A stretch of DNA of 63,037 bases, the filler included, from Octopus bimaculoides (lineage: Eukaryota): the NCBI RefSeq assembly GCF_001194135.2. It is 4 parts of 4 records of this genome, joined end to end, with 100 filler letters (N's around TTAATTAATTAA, not from the genome) between each part and the next. Parts side by side here need not be neighbours in the genome. Positions count along the whole stretch, not along the records: positions 1 to 14,023 come from NC_068984.1; 3 more parts are not named here. The stretch is one strand, 5' to 3'. The notes under the pieces are model-generated. The model did not search any database. It had not been told where the DNA came from and saw only the letters and a list, made by a program, of their open reading frames with translations. This document shows, one piece after another, positions 1-11,880 of the stretch; position 1 is the first letter of the stretch; each line of letters starts with the position of its first letter. Position numbers and translations under genes: made by a program.

Positions 1-13
1 GTGTAGAACGAAA

Positions 14-64
14 ACAACAACAACAGGATCATCATCATCATCATCATCAACAACAACAACAACA

Positions 65-102
<38 letters not shown>

Positions 103-360
103 AATAATAATAGCAGCAGTAAAAAATATTCCTACAATAATAAAATAGAAATAAGAAGAACAACAACAACTATAACATCAACAGTGATGACAAGATACTC
201 GTCATCATCATCATCAACTTCAACAACAACACCAGCAATAAAAAAAATACCCCCAAAATTCCAACAGTAGTAAAGAACAGTAGCAACAGCAGCATCATTG
301 TTTTGATCAACAACAACAACAACAACAGCAACAACAGCAACAACCAGACAGCAGCTTGGT
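14..360. repeat. Compound trinucleotide microsatellite tract (AAC, CAT, ACT, AAT, AGC)
   Basis: Directly visible simple repeats. The ORFs at 170-385 and 457-684 are low-complexity artefacts. Confidence 0.95.
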
Positions 361-573
361 CGTGTTTTGTCATTAATTTCAGCAATTGTAAATGATTCTT
401 TTTTTGTTATATAAAATGTCTTCTACCAAAGAAATGTAGGTGGTATTTCATCGGCATTACAGAAAGAATGTAGTAGTAGTGGTGGTGGTGGTGGCAGTAG
501 GCTGTGGTGATGGAAACAATATTGTCTGAGGGTAAGACAATGCCATAAATTTGTCGAGCGGGAGTATTGACGG

Positions 574-730
574 ATGAATCGCAAGGAATGTAGAAGAGCC
601 GTTGCTGTTGTTAATGATGGTAATGGTTTTGTAAATCAACATGAAAGAAGCGAGCAGAAGAGAAGGGCTGCTCTGTGTGGTCAATCAGTGGTCTCGAAAC
701 AGACGTCGAAATTAGACACTATGGTCCTAG
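574..730 (+). CDS. Candidate first coding exon of an unidentified host gene (MNRKECRRAVAVVNDGNGFVNQHERSEQKRRAALCGQSVVSKQTSKLDTMVL, phase 1)
   Basis: ATG at 574 follows an in-frame TGA. There are 52 open non-repetitive codons ending at a consensus donor AG|GTAAGA (GT 731-732). No recognised homology. Confidence 0.35.
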
Positions 731-780
731 GTAAGAAAAAAAAGAAATAATTAATTAGCAAAATAAAACAGACGATAAGC

Positions 781-938
781 GCAGGTATGGCTGTGTAGCA
801 AAAAGTTTGCTTCCTAACCAAAAGGTTCAGCGCTCAATCCCACTGTGTTGCACCTTCAGCAAATATCCGCTAAAATAAACCCGGGTTGACCAAAGCCTTG
901 TAAATGGATTTTGAAGACTAACTGATAGAAACCAGTCG

Positions 939-940
<2 letters not shown>
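781..940 (+). mobile_element. SINE family A, tRNA-like head (diverged), running into (TA)n and a gap
   Basis: Matches the heads at 10431, 25984 and 49710, with A/B-box-like motifs and 'ccaaagccttgt..tggattt'. Confidence 0.8.
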
Positions 941-984
<44 letters not shown>

Positions 985-1645
985 NNNNNNNNNNNNNNNN
1001 NNNNNNNNNNNNNNNNNNNNNNNNNNNNNNNNNNNNNNNNNNNNNNNNNNNNNNNNNNNNNNNNNNNNNNNNNNNNNNNNNNNNNNNNNNNNNNNNNNNN
1101 NNNNNNNNNNNNNNNNNNNNNNNNNNNNNNNNNNNNNNNNNNNNNNNNNNNNNNNNNNNNNNNNNNNNNNNNNNNNNNNNNNNNNNNNNNNNNNNNNNNN
1201 NNNNNNNNNNNNNNNNNNNNNNNNNNNNNNNNNNNNNNNNNNNNNNNNNNNNNNNNNNNNNNNNNNNNNNNNNNNNNNNNNNNNNNNNNNNNNNNNNNNN
1301 NNNNNNNNNNNNNNNNNNNNNNNNNNNNNNNNNNNNNNNNNNNNNNNNNNNNNNNNNNNNNNNNNNNNNNNNNNNNNNNNNNNNNNNNNNNNNNNNNNNN
1401 NNNNNNNNNNNNNNNNNNNNNNNNNNNNNNNNNNNNNNNNNNNNNNNNNNNNNNNNNNNNNNNNNNNNNNNNNNNNNNNNNNNNNNNNNNNNNNNNNNNN
1501 NNNNNNNNNNNNNNNNNNNNNNNNNNNNNNNNNNNNNNNNNNNNNNNNNNNNNNNNNNNNNNNNNNNNNNNNNNNNNNNNNNNNNNNNNNNNNNNNNNNN
1601 NNNNNNNNNNNNNNNNNNNNNNNNNNNNNNNNNNNNNNNNNNNNA

Positions 1646-1830
1646 AACTGACGTCTGTATAAGGAATTCTCGTGGTAACATTGACTGTTCCCGTTGACTT
1701 AGTTGCTGTTTCGTTTCCGGGTCGTAGCCGTAGCCCCAGCTTTCGTCACCAGTGATGACCTTCGAAAAAAAGGTCCGGATCAACTTCCAACTGTTCTTTC
1801 AGTTCACGGAACGCATTCACTCGTGACTTG
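1646..1830 (-). mobile_element. Mariner transposase fragment
   Basis: Translates to ELKEQLEVDP..FSKVITGDESWGYGYDPETKQQLSQ, the mariner first catalytic Asp motif (TGDESW). Frameshifted. Confidence 0.9.
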
Positions 1831-2200
1831 CTTGGGCAAATGTCTTCTACTATAGTCTCAGGTCAACCTAAGCCTCGTGGGGGGGGGGATTTGGTAGACG
1901 GAAACTGAAAGAAGCCCGTCGTATATATATATATATATATATAAATATATATATATATATGTATACATCTATGTGTATGTGTCTTTGTGGTTGCCCCCCC
2001 CCCATCACCACATGACAACCGATGTTGGTGTATTTAGTCCCCATAGCTTAGCGGTTCAGCAAAAGAAGTTGCTAGGATAAGTACTAGGCTTAAAAATAAG
2101 CCCTGGGGTCGATTTGTTCGACTAAGACACCTTAAGGCGGTGCTCCAGCATGGCCACAGCCAAATGGCTGAAAGAAATAAAAGAATGAAAGAATAAAAGA
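1831..2200 (+). mobile_element. SINE family A, 5'-truncated, with internal (TA)/(TG) microsatellite and complete 3' tail
   Basis: 'cttgggcaaatgtcttctactatag' through 'ggcggtgctccagcatggccacagc..gaataaaaga'; homologous to the other A copies. Confidence 0.9.
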
Positions 2201-2214
2201 ACGTGTGCGCGCGC

Positions 2215-2265
<51 letters not shown>

Positions 2266-2272
2266 GCTATAC

Positions 2273-2445
2273 GTGCGTGTCTGTGTTTGGCCTCCACCAC
2301 CACTTGATATCCGTATTCGGTCTGTTTAAGACTCCGTAGCGTATCGGTTCGGCAAAAGAGAATGATGGTAGAAGTATCAGGCTTCAAAAGTAAGTATCAA
2401 AGTCAATTGGTTCGACCAGATCCCTTCAAAGCGCTTCCCCCAAAT
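2273..2445 (+). mobile_element. SINE family A 3' half, diverged
   Basis: 'ccaccaccacttga..cggttcggcaaaagag..ttcgac' resembles 2000-2130. Confidence 0.6.
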
Positions 2446-2689
2446 GTTTAATCCAGTGAACGAAACAAGGAAAGAGTAAAGACAATAACACTTTCAACAT
2501 TGATCACAGTCTCCTCCTTGGGTTTAACTAGAAACACCAGCAGACCCACATGTTCCCTCCAGGGATGTGTTTTGTTATATACTAGGATGGAAGTTTATCG
2601 ATTAACAATATTGCTTTTAAACACAACAGAGGGCACATCATTTGATTTCTTTTATAAAACAAACTTTGAGATTATTTCAAAAGTGCTTC

Positions 2690-2974
2690 AGACATATTTG
2701 ACCCGATAAAAGCCATTCACTCTGCAGTTTGCCATGGAGAAAAATTATCGCCTTACGCTAAAGCTGTAAAATCCCAAAGTCATTTCACAGCGCCCTCTAT
2801 GCTTTTCGAGTGCTTTATGCTCTCCTCAGTAGAAATGCATATATTGGTCCGTAGAGCTCGAAATGCATATACTAGTTCGTATGGTGGTGCACCGAAATAA
2901 TTTTGCCTAAAATGAGAATTTTTTCCGATGGCAAACTGCAGTGAAAATGGCTTTTTTTACGGATCAAATGTCTC
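2690..2974. mobile_element. MITE with ~55-bp imperfect terminal inverted repeats
   Basis: Left arm 'acatatttgacccgataaaagccattcactctgcagtttgccatgg' matches the reverse complement of right arm 'ccgatggcaaactgcagtgaaaatggctttttttacggatcaaatgt'. Confidence 0.75.
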
Positions 2975-3119
2975 AGACTTATTTGAACTGATCGAATAAT
3001 TTATTCATTTCACATCACTGATTCGCGTGCCAAACTTAACTTAGGAATAACATTTAAATCTTTCGACTGAAAAAAAAGTCTTTTGCAGCAGAGAAGGCAC
3101 ACTCCAACAAATTGATATT

Positions 3120-3245
3120 GTATTACTTGAATTAATTTTGTCGGTTCGAGAAAGCTGAAAGGTAATAACCTAAGATGCAGGAATTTTAAGCTCGAACGTA
3201 GAAGAATCAAACTAAACCACAACACTTTCAGGTCACAGCTTGGCA
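3120..3245 (-). mobile_element. SINE family C, old diverged copy
   Basis: Weak match to the Nin/Deu-like core ('aattttgtcggttcgagaaagctgaaagg..ggaattttaagctc'). Confidence 0.45.
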
Positions 3246-3809
3246 AGTTTCACACAACTTAGCTCTCCTTTGTTTTCACAACTAGCAATTTGCCAAGCAA
3301 GAATGGCTTTCTGCTTCGAAAACCTTTAATATTTATAATAAATCTATAATAATCGGAAGATATCCGTAAACAATACTTGATAAAGGAAAAAGAACAATGG
3401 GGCTCGGAGATGACTTATTGGTTTTCTCGCTGTTTCAGTTTACATGCTATTAATATCGTTTAATCACCACGAATAAAGGGATACTTTTTAAAGTAATGTC
3501 CTCAAAAGAGCAAACGTTAGCATAATCATAGTTTCGAACCACTGACCTTTATGTTAAGAATCCGGCTCATTATCTTTGATGCACTGTGTTGACACAGGTT
3601 GTGATTTTGTAGACCTGTGATCAAAAGCAATCCAGCTGTGTTCATCCAATCATTTTTGCTGACAGTTTTATCTCGGGCGATGTTATCAGATGGGACCTTA
3701 CAGGAGATCGATCAGTTGCTGATAGGTTTTCACGTTGTATATCTCAAAAAAAAAAATGTTCTAATCACATAATATAGGTATTATATATTATTACATTTAT
3801 TATGTAATG

Positions 3810-4045
3810 GTGAACAGACATAAACACTCACTCATTCCGCCCTTAACTCAGAGGAACATAAAGGATGTCTCAGGTGTGAAGAGAATGACGGGGTTGGAAG
3901 AGTCCCGGGCTAGGGAAGCATGTTCAGGGGAGAGAACTGGAGCAGCATTTAATAAAGTGACAAGAACATAAAACTCTACCGGGTCCAGGAACTGAAACCT
4001 CTACCTTATGATCGTGAGCTCAATACTTTAAGCACTTGGTCAGTA
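3810..4045 (-). mobile_element. SINE family B-like copy, head-to-head with the copy at 4127
   Basis: The reverse complement gives a tRNA-like head and 'cactttatt..tgctccagtt', matching 4227-4250. Confidence 0.6.
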
Positions 4046-4126
4046 CCTACCTACCTACCTACCTACCTACCTACCTACATGATGCATACAAGCAGACATG
4101 AAGGGGCATGGCTCAGTTGTTACAGG

Positions 4127-4470
4127 TGAAGGTGCATGGCTCAGTTGCTGGAGCATCCGGCTCACAATCATAAGGTAGTGAGTTCGATTCCCGGGCCGGG
4201 CTGTGTGTTATGTTCTTGAGCAAGACACTTTATTTCACGTTGCTCCAGTTCACTCAGCTGTAGAAAGGAGTTGCGACGTCACAGGTGCCAAACTGTATCG
4301 GCCCCTTTGCCTTTCTCTTGGATAACATCAGTGGTGTGGAGAGGGGAGGCTGGTATGCATGGGTGACTGCTGGTCTTCCATAAAACAACCTTGCCAAGAC
4401 TTGTACCTGGGAGGGTAACTTTCTAGGTGCAATCCCATGGTCAGTCATGACGGAAGGGGGTCTTTATCAT
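4127..4470 (+). mobile_element. SINE family B (tRNA-derived head)
   Basis: A-box-like 'tggctcagttgctgga', B-box 'gagttcgattccc' and 'ttgagcaagacactt'. The 5' start is duplicated at 4101-4126. Confidence 0.8.
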
Positions 4471-4509
4471 TTACAAATACACAATGAGAAGCAAACAGAC
4501 ACAAACATG

Positions 4510-4880
4510 AAAGTTGGGTAATGAGCGAAAGAATATGGCCATGAACACAATCGGCCGAAATGGGTTTCCTCCAAAGGATTTCTAGAGTAACGTTACTCGA
4601 CAGGGTGGGTAGTTCGGAGTTCAGGGAGTTTCACCGAGTCGAATCGCTCCTTCTTCGCATTAAGAGATCACAGCTCTGGTACTATGGATTTGCGGTTAGA
4701 ATATCGCAGAAATGAATCGCAAGACGGATTCTTCAAGTCAAACCAACTAGCAGTAGACCTTGGAGTAGATCATGAACGAGATGGTTGGATGACTTCCATT
4801 GTCTTAGTCGGTTATACTTGGGAATCTAGCCGGAAAATGTTCTCACCGTTGCTTCTGAAAGGACCGTATGCCAAGACAAT
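4510..4880 (+). mobile_element. RTE-clade LINE ORF2 C-terminal fragment
   Basis: Translates with stops to ESWVMSER..QSAEMGFLQRISRVTLLDRV..ESLLLRIKRSQLWYYG..TRWLDD, typical of the RTE C-terminus. Confidence 0.8.
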
Positions 4881-4903
4881 TGAACGAAGAAGGTGGATAG
4901 TTA

Positions 4904-5118
4904 GCAGCGAGGATGGCAGAATCGCTACAACGCCGCAAAAACGTGCTTAGCTGCGTTTCCCTTGACTTTACGTCCTGAGTTCAAATTTCGTCGAGGTCCA
5001 CTTTGCCTTTCATCCTTTCGGGTCGATAAAATAAGTAATAATTGAACACTGAGGTCGATGTGTAATCAACTTACCCTCTCCCCACAAAATTGCGGGCCTT
5101 GTACTAAAAGTTGAAGCC
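4904..5118 (+). mobile_element. SINE family C (tRNA head plus Nin/Deu-like domain)
   Basis: 'ctgagttcaaatttcgtcgaggtccactttgcctttcatcctttcgggtcgataaaataagta'. Confidence 0.9.
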
Positions 5119-5165
5119 AATATCATACATCTATGGATATGTAATATATATATATNNNNNNNNNN

Positions 5166-5200
<35 letters not shown>

Positions 5201-5860
5201 ATAAAAATATATATAATATATATACACAAATGTATATTTGTTATATATGTATGTATACATATAACATACACACACACATATATATAATGTGATGGTCACG
5301 TTTACACTCATTTTGGAAACTTCATACAATGTACCCATATCTTTTTCACACTATTTACGTCACCCCTTGCCCCCTAAACCTTCCTCACCAAGACCCCTCC
5401 CAAAACAAATGCAAAACTAAAACCGGGTGTGAGTGGTGACGGTGGTAACAACATCTGAAATGAATATGCAGGTATTTGAAGGCTCTGTACTGTCTCAGTT
5501 TACGCTGCCGTCTTTGCGTGTCTCCTCCTCCTTCTTGCAGTTATATATATCCGTTACAGGTTATGCTATCTTCTCTTATACGTGTACAATATATAAACAT
5601 CTTGAGCAAGATAGATTCCCATTTTGGTAATGGAGAACCGCGTGTCGCTACGTCTGTTCTGCATATGATGTACGTGTGTGTATGTGCGCGTGAAGACATG
5701 CACACACATATGTACAAGTACATATATCCTTATATATATATCAAATACATTTATGGGTTTATGTGAACATGTGTATATACTTATACGTGTATAGGCATAT
5801 CTATGTTTGTACATGCACACAGTCACATGCTCAATATATATGTATGTATGCATGTATGTG

Positions 5861-5891
<31 letters not shown>

Positions 5892-6473
5892 TCTTTTATT
5901 CTTATATATGAACGTGTATCTGTATATCAAATATATATATATATACGTGTGTGATTATGTGAACAAGTGAACATGGATGTGTACGCGTGAATATGCGTAT
6001 GTGTGAGTTTGTGCATGTATGTGTATGTGCGTCCGTGTATGTGCGTGCGCGTGAGAGCGTATAAGTGCATATGCGAATGTGTGCGCGTGTGTATGTGAGT
6101 GAATGTGTGTCTGGGCGTGTGTATGGTGAAGTCTTGGGTTGCAGGAGGCTAAAGAAAGGAACTATTCTTACGTGAGTAAGAGCATCCCTAAGAAAAAAGA
6201 AAGGAAACAATATGTAATTGCCTTACTGCGTAAGAATATTTAGGCTGCAGAGACCTAGATATTTCTCTTAGCCATCTGTCATTCGCCTTAAATGAAGAAT
6301 ATGTAACCAAATATTTAAATTACTATTTATACATTATAACACACACTTCTGTACAAAGAAAAAAAAACAGAAGAATTATACAATTTAAGAGTTCTTGTAG
6401 AAAAATTTAGAGTTCTTTCAAAGAAGCGTTCCAAATATTTTAGAACCAATTTAGTTTTCATATAACTTTCAGT

Positions 6474-6540
<67 letters not shown>

Positions 6541-6972
6541 CAATGAAAAAATGACTTTTGGATGGAAATTTATAGGTTTTATTAATGTATCGTGACAAAT
6601 GTTTCTGCATCCCACATTTCTGAGGACATTTTCACGTTCATAAGATATTAACTAAAGATTATTTGTAAAATCCATGAATCTTGAGTATGGTCGCCATTAC
6701 AGGCGTATGCTTCGTCAGGCAGTTACATTAATGCTCTTTTGCTGGTCCGATGTTTTTATTTAAGGCCATTTACCATTTTACATCAGTCAGAACGCTCCTT
6801 TAAGGGGCGTCGCTTGTGAATCGTCACAGCACAACAAGGCGAAAAACAAAGGTAAAAGAAAAAGAAAAGAAGGGATATTTTAAAAGCTTCCAAACTTTTT
6901 CAGGAGAGACATTTCACTTCAAAGAAGTGCAATGCTCTCANNNNNNNNNNNNNNNNNNNNNNNNNNNNNNNN

Positions 6973-7610
6973 CTTCGTCAAAGTAGGGTTCTCTGCATTT
7001 TGTGAAACTCCCTGGAAGTCCTCGAATGTAAAGGTATCGAGGGCCGCTTCGCCTTCTCTTTTAGCTTTGTGAAGAACTAAAAGTCACAGGGACCACGGTC
7101 TGGACAATAGTGGTGGTGGTGGTAGGTGGGGTGAAGGACAGTGTTGATGGCCATCTCTGTCAAGTGGCTGGTCACCTGGATGTTCCTCACTGAACACTTT
7201 TTGCAACAATCTTTGCTCAAATTCCGTGCATATTCCGATCTTCATGAAGAATTCTGTGTGCACTTGCAACACCAACTTATTGCATTCTGGATGACGGTCT
7301 TCATTCAGAAAGTAGCGAATGTTCTCCATCAGTTCTAATCTGATGTTCTACTCCTTCCCATACCTTTGGTCATCTCTCACCTCTTCTCTACCGTCTCCGA
7401 ACCTCTTGTGCCAATGAAAATGCTAATCCATAAATAACCTGGAGCATTTCACAGGATTCTCTAGCGTTTTGCCCACTTTAACACAAAACGTGATCGCATA
7501 GCCAACTTCCAAACATTCCGCAAACAAGTCAGCGGTGACAAGCAGTGTTCTGTGAATTGGTTGGTCAGTTAGTTCCTCTTATTCCATGTGGAACATGGGA
7601 GCGATAAAAG
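6973..7610 (-). mobile_element. Internally deleted mariner transposon relic
   Basis: Fragments translate to YAITFCVKVGK, WHKRFGDGREEVRDD, HRILHEDRNMH and YCPDRGPCDF*FFTKLKE (a YSPDLAPCDF-like motif). Confidence 0.8.
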
Positions 7611-7739
7611 AATTCAGTAGGATGTATTCAAAGTGCTGGTACAGACGTCACTTTAAATCTGGAATAACAAAAGGTGACAGGTCAGCTTATTAGAGATAAT
7701 AATGATATCCTAAAATTACAATAACATAGGACAGTTATA

Positions 7740-8072
7740 GCTCCCTCTCCTAAAAAGGGATTTCAAAACTTCTGGAATGTACATTTGTGTGCGGCTCATA
7801 CTCTCCCCTCCATACACTTTCTGCAACTTTGCGCAGACCTCTGAGCAGGTATCGCCATGACAACTTTCTCTGTCATGGTCAATACGCCGATCACGCGCTA
7901 CACAACTTCCTTCCAAGCACTGCTGTAAACAGCGTAGATGACCTAGAACGTTAAAACTTAGTGCGCATGCACAGCAGAGTTCAAGGTCAGTCTTTGTCAA
8001 GCGGTTTCACTCTGCGGGCTTGAGTTTCGTTACTATGGCAATAGTCCGGATACTTATTGATCAGACCTCGTA
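7740..8072 (-). mobile_element. Mariner 5' end with TIR and flanking TA
   Basis: The reverse complement of 8043-8072 reads TA-CGAGGTCTGATCAATAAGTATCCGGACT (mariner-type TIR). Downstream it translates to LQKVYGGESMSRTQ (HTH region). Confidence 0.85.
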
Positions 8073-8164
<92 letters not shown>

Positions 8165-8725
8165 TGTACATACACACATACACTCACACGCACACACACA
8201 CATATACAAACACACACACATACACACACACACAAGTGTGCGCATATAATATATGTTTAGGCAATCAGAATTTAGAAACTTCGAAAGAACGTGAAATAAC
8301 ACATTCTTATATAGCAATTGAACTCGAAAAAGATGAATATTTGGTGAAGAATTCCTTTGGATAGAAAAGACTGAAGGAATGAAATTTGGAGAATTGCTTC
8401 GGTTCAGAGGTAAAACGTCTGTCTGGCTTACAGGAAATATGGATTCGATTCTCACAGGCAACTTCGATTTTTTCTCTCAAAGGGCTTTTAATCCAATAGT
8501 TACGCACTTTTATTTACAGCTTTATCTACTTCGAGTTCAACCGTTAAAACGAGTTATATAAATAAATGTGTGAGTGTGTGTGTGTGTGCATGTGTGCATT
8601 GTATGTATGGTTGTATAATCTGACACAAAAGCCCATATGTATACATTTNNNNNNNNNNNNNNNNNNNNNNNNNTATATATATATATAATATATATACATG
8701 CATACACAGTTGTGCGTGCGTGCGT

Positions 8726-8765
<40 letters not shown>

Positions 8766-9859
8766 AAAGCGATCAAATATCAGGGGAAGCAAGCAACACA
8801 GAGAAACCCCCGTCTGCTTACGGAACGGAACTTTGGTCTATTTTTACCGTATGCTCCACACCTAAATTCCCACCCTGTTTTGCTATTCCTTAGTAATGAT
8901 CAATGTTACTATTTCTATATTGTGTACTCATTCATATTGGATTATTGACTTATTAGTCGACGCACAGCTTTGTTGGCACCTGTAACTGTCATTTATCCAG
9001 CATTTTTATATTATTACAAACGTTTCTCTGTGTAACATATATTTGCGCGTGAATCATTAATACGGGACTTAGTCAGCTTGTCTTCATTCTGGTGTTTTCG
9101 AACGAATGCTTACCTTTATAATTACTGTTTCATGCACAGGTTATCCTAAATGTTGATTCAGTTTTCAGATTTGTTAACGTTACTTCCTAATATTTTGGCG
9201 GGAGGCCATAAAAGCGTAGGGCTGTGGTTAAGACGATTCAGTTGACCCATTCTAGATCGACTACGTATCTGGCACTTGTTTTGGCACAAGAATAATATAT
9301 ATTTGTAGAGGTGAGTGAGTCAGGTCGAGCTGCATAAATATTTAGGCGTGCGTACGCGCACACACACGCATGTGTATGTATATATATATATATATATATA
9401 TGCACTTATATTTAAATATATATATGTATATGTTCATACCCGCATGTGCATATATATATATNNNNNNNNNNNNNNNNNNNNNNNNNNNNNNNNNNNNNNN
9501 NNNNNNNNNNNNNNNNNNNNNNNNNNNNNNNNNNNNNNNNNNNNNNNNNNNNNNNNNNNNNNNNNNNNNNNNNNNNNNNNNNNNNNNNNNNNNNNNNNNN
9601 NNNNNNNNNNNNNNNNNNNNNNNNNNNNNNNNNNNNNNNNNNNNNNNNNNNNNNNNNNNNNNNNNNNNNNNNNNNNNNNNNNNNNNNNNNNNNNNNNNNN
9701 NNNNNNNNNNNNNNNNNNNNNNNNNNNNNNNNNNNNNNNNNNNNNNNNNNNNNNNNNNNNNNNNNNNNNNNNNNNNNNNNNNNNNNNNNNNNNNNNNNNN
9801 NNNNNNNNNNNNNNNNNNNNNNNNNNNNNNNNNNNNNNNNNNNNNNNNNNNNNNNNNNN

Positions 9860-9901
<42 letters not shown>

Positions 9902-10249
9902 GAAAGTACTCAATACACATACGTTTCTTCACTTCATTTTTTTTTTCTCAGCTGGAGCCTTATTCTTTTAATCCTGTGAATCTCCCATTCCGTTAATCTC
10001 ACCCACAAAAAATCATAAAGAAATAAAAATGCTGGATCAGTGACAATTACATGTGTAAATGAGCCAACAAATGTCTAATCACCGAGTGTGATTCATTCTT
10101 TATAACAAGCAAATTGTAACATTAACATTTTCTCGAAATACTATTCAAGACAGCCGGACGGGGTTTTGTTTAGGCGAGTAGTATAAGCTATAAAACGATA
10201 TGTATATACAAGTGTAAGCACATAAATGCAAAACAATGTGGAAAAAATA

Positions 10250-10425
10250 GTACTCGAATACCGGAGGTAGAGTAATGTGCTTTATTATTAAAGCTATAAA
10301 AATATCACAAAAATCTGTTACTCAGAGTTTCACTTTTACGTTCGTCGGACGGTTGTAACCAAAACTGGAATAAAACTCTGAGTAACAAATGTTTGTGATG
10401 TTTCTGCAGCTTTAATAAAAATAAA
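10250..10425. mobile_element. Short element with ~50-bp inverted repeats (10281-10330 / 10373-10425); likely Penelope-type terminal sequence
   Basis: The inverted repeat is directly visible and encloses an HHR-like motif. Confidence 0.6.
10315..10352 (-). ncRNA. Minimal type I hammerhead ribozyme-like motif (U4C variant)
   Basis: Reads CCGU-CCGACGA-AC(GUAAAA)GU-GAAA-CUC-U-GAG-UA^ACAG. Stem III is palindromic, the triplet is GUA, and stem I has 3 of 4 pairs. Confidence 0.55.
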
Positions 10426-10430
10426 AAAAA

Positions 10431-10595
10431 CATGGCTGTGTGGTAAGAAGCTTGCTTTCCACCACATGGTCCTGGGCTCAGTCCAACTGCGTGGAATCTT
10501 GGGCAAGTGTCCTCTACTATAGCCTCGGGCCGGCCAAAGCCTTGTGAATGGATTTGGTAGACAGAACCTGAAAGAATCCCGTTGTATATATATGT
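10431..10595 (+). mobile_element. SINE family A head
   Basis: 'catggctgtgtggtaagaagcttgc..cttgggcaagtgtcc..gaaagaatcccgt', followed by (TA)n and a gap. Confidence 0.9.
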
Positions 10596-11166
10596 ATACA
10601 TATGTATATATATANNNNNNNNNNNNNNNNNNNNNNNNNNNNNNNNNNNNNNNNNNNNNNNNNNNNNNNNNNNNNNNNNNNNNNNNNNNNNNNNNNNNNN
10701 NNNNNNNNNNNNNNNNNNNNNNNNNNNNNNNNNNNNNNNNNNNNNNNNNNNNNNNNNNNNNNNNNNNNNNNNNNNNNNNNNNNNNNNNNNNNNNNNNNNN
10801 NNNNNNNNNNNNNNNNNNNNNNNNNNNNNNNNNNNNNNNNNNNNNNNNNNNNNNNNNNNNNNNNNNNNNNNNNNNNNNNNNNNNNNNNNNNNNNNNNNNN
10901 NNNNNNNNNNNNNNNNNNNNNNNNNNNNNNNNNNNNNNNNNNNNNNNNNNNNNNNNNNNNNNNNNNNNNNNNCGATCTAGAAGACCTTCGGAACAGGAAT
11001 AAGTTCATGAAATTGAAGTTGATGCGTAGATGAAAAATAAAACGAATTCAGAATATAATTGAAAGTGTTTGAAATTTTCTATTGAATAGCTATGCACATT
11101 CATATTTCGTATATGGAAATAATGTATTTCTAAATCTCTCAGAGAGATTTATACAGAAGCAGCACG

Positions 11167-11481
11167 ATAAAGTGATAGTATGTTGTCAACTTAATGTGAC
11201 AGTCCCATGAAAGGGAAGAATGCTACTGTTATTTAGCCCTAGGAAACACCGTTTCCTGTTGGACTTGACACATTTCTTGTGTCCTTATGAGCAATGGCTC
11301 TAAAACTAGTCTCTGGATGCTGGTTTTGCTGGGTGGAGGTGCTTATCTCCCTTTTGTAAACATAAGGACACAGGAAAAGTGTCAAGGCCAACAGAAACGG
11401 TGTTGCCTAGGGCTAAAAGCAGTAGTATTCTTTCCTTTCATGGGACTATCACATCAAGTTGACAACATACCATCACTTTAT
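11167..11481. mobile_element. MITE/foldback element with ~122-bp TIRs
   Basis: 11167-11289 is a close reverse complement of 11361-11481 (about 90% by eye). Confidence 0.9.
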
Positions 11482-11489
11482 GTTCGTGT

Positions 11490-11880
11490 ATATTCGAAAA
11501 TAAAGAAGACCAGAAGCAGAAAAGGTTTTGAAATGTGGACATATAGAAGAATGTTGAGAATGTCTTGGAGAAAATATAAAACTAACGAAAAAGTGTCACA
11601 ACTAGCAAATACAGAAAGATCATTTCTGTGAATTATTAAAAAAAGGGAAAGACAGCTAAAGTACTTTGGTCACATAGTAAGAGTAGAAGGTATAGGAAGG
11701 CGATTAGTAGAAGGAAAGAGAAATGGTAAACGTTGGAGAGGAAAACCTAGAACGAACAGGTTTGATAACATCACAGACTGTACAAGACTGTCACGTGGTG
11801 AATGTGTAAGAATGGTGGAGAAAATACCCGAATGGAGATCCTTGATATTGAACTTGCAGAGAACACTAATGACAATGATG
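11490..11880 (+). mobile_element. RTE LINE 3' fragment
   Basis: Translates to GFEMWTYRRMLRMSW..TNEKV..RQLKYFGHIVR..EGKRNGKRWRGKPRT, followed by an ATG-repeat-like tail. Confidence 0.9.

Noticed and set aside
4127-4200. tRNA genes at SINE heads
   Set aside because: A/B-box-like motifs continue into SINE bodies, and no complete cloverleaf is evident.
8340-8561. Protein-like frames after the (TA)n/(CA)n tract
   Set aside because: Frames are broken by stops, no family is recognised, and there is no consistent splice pair.
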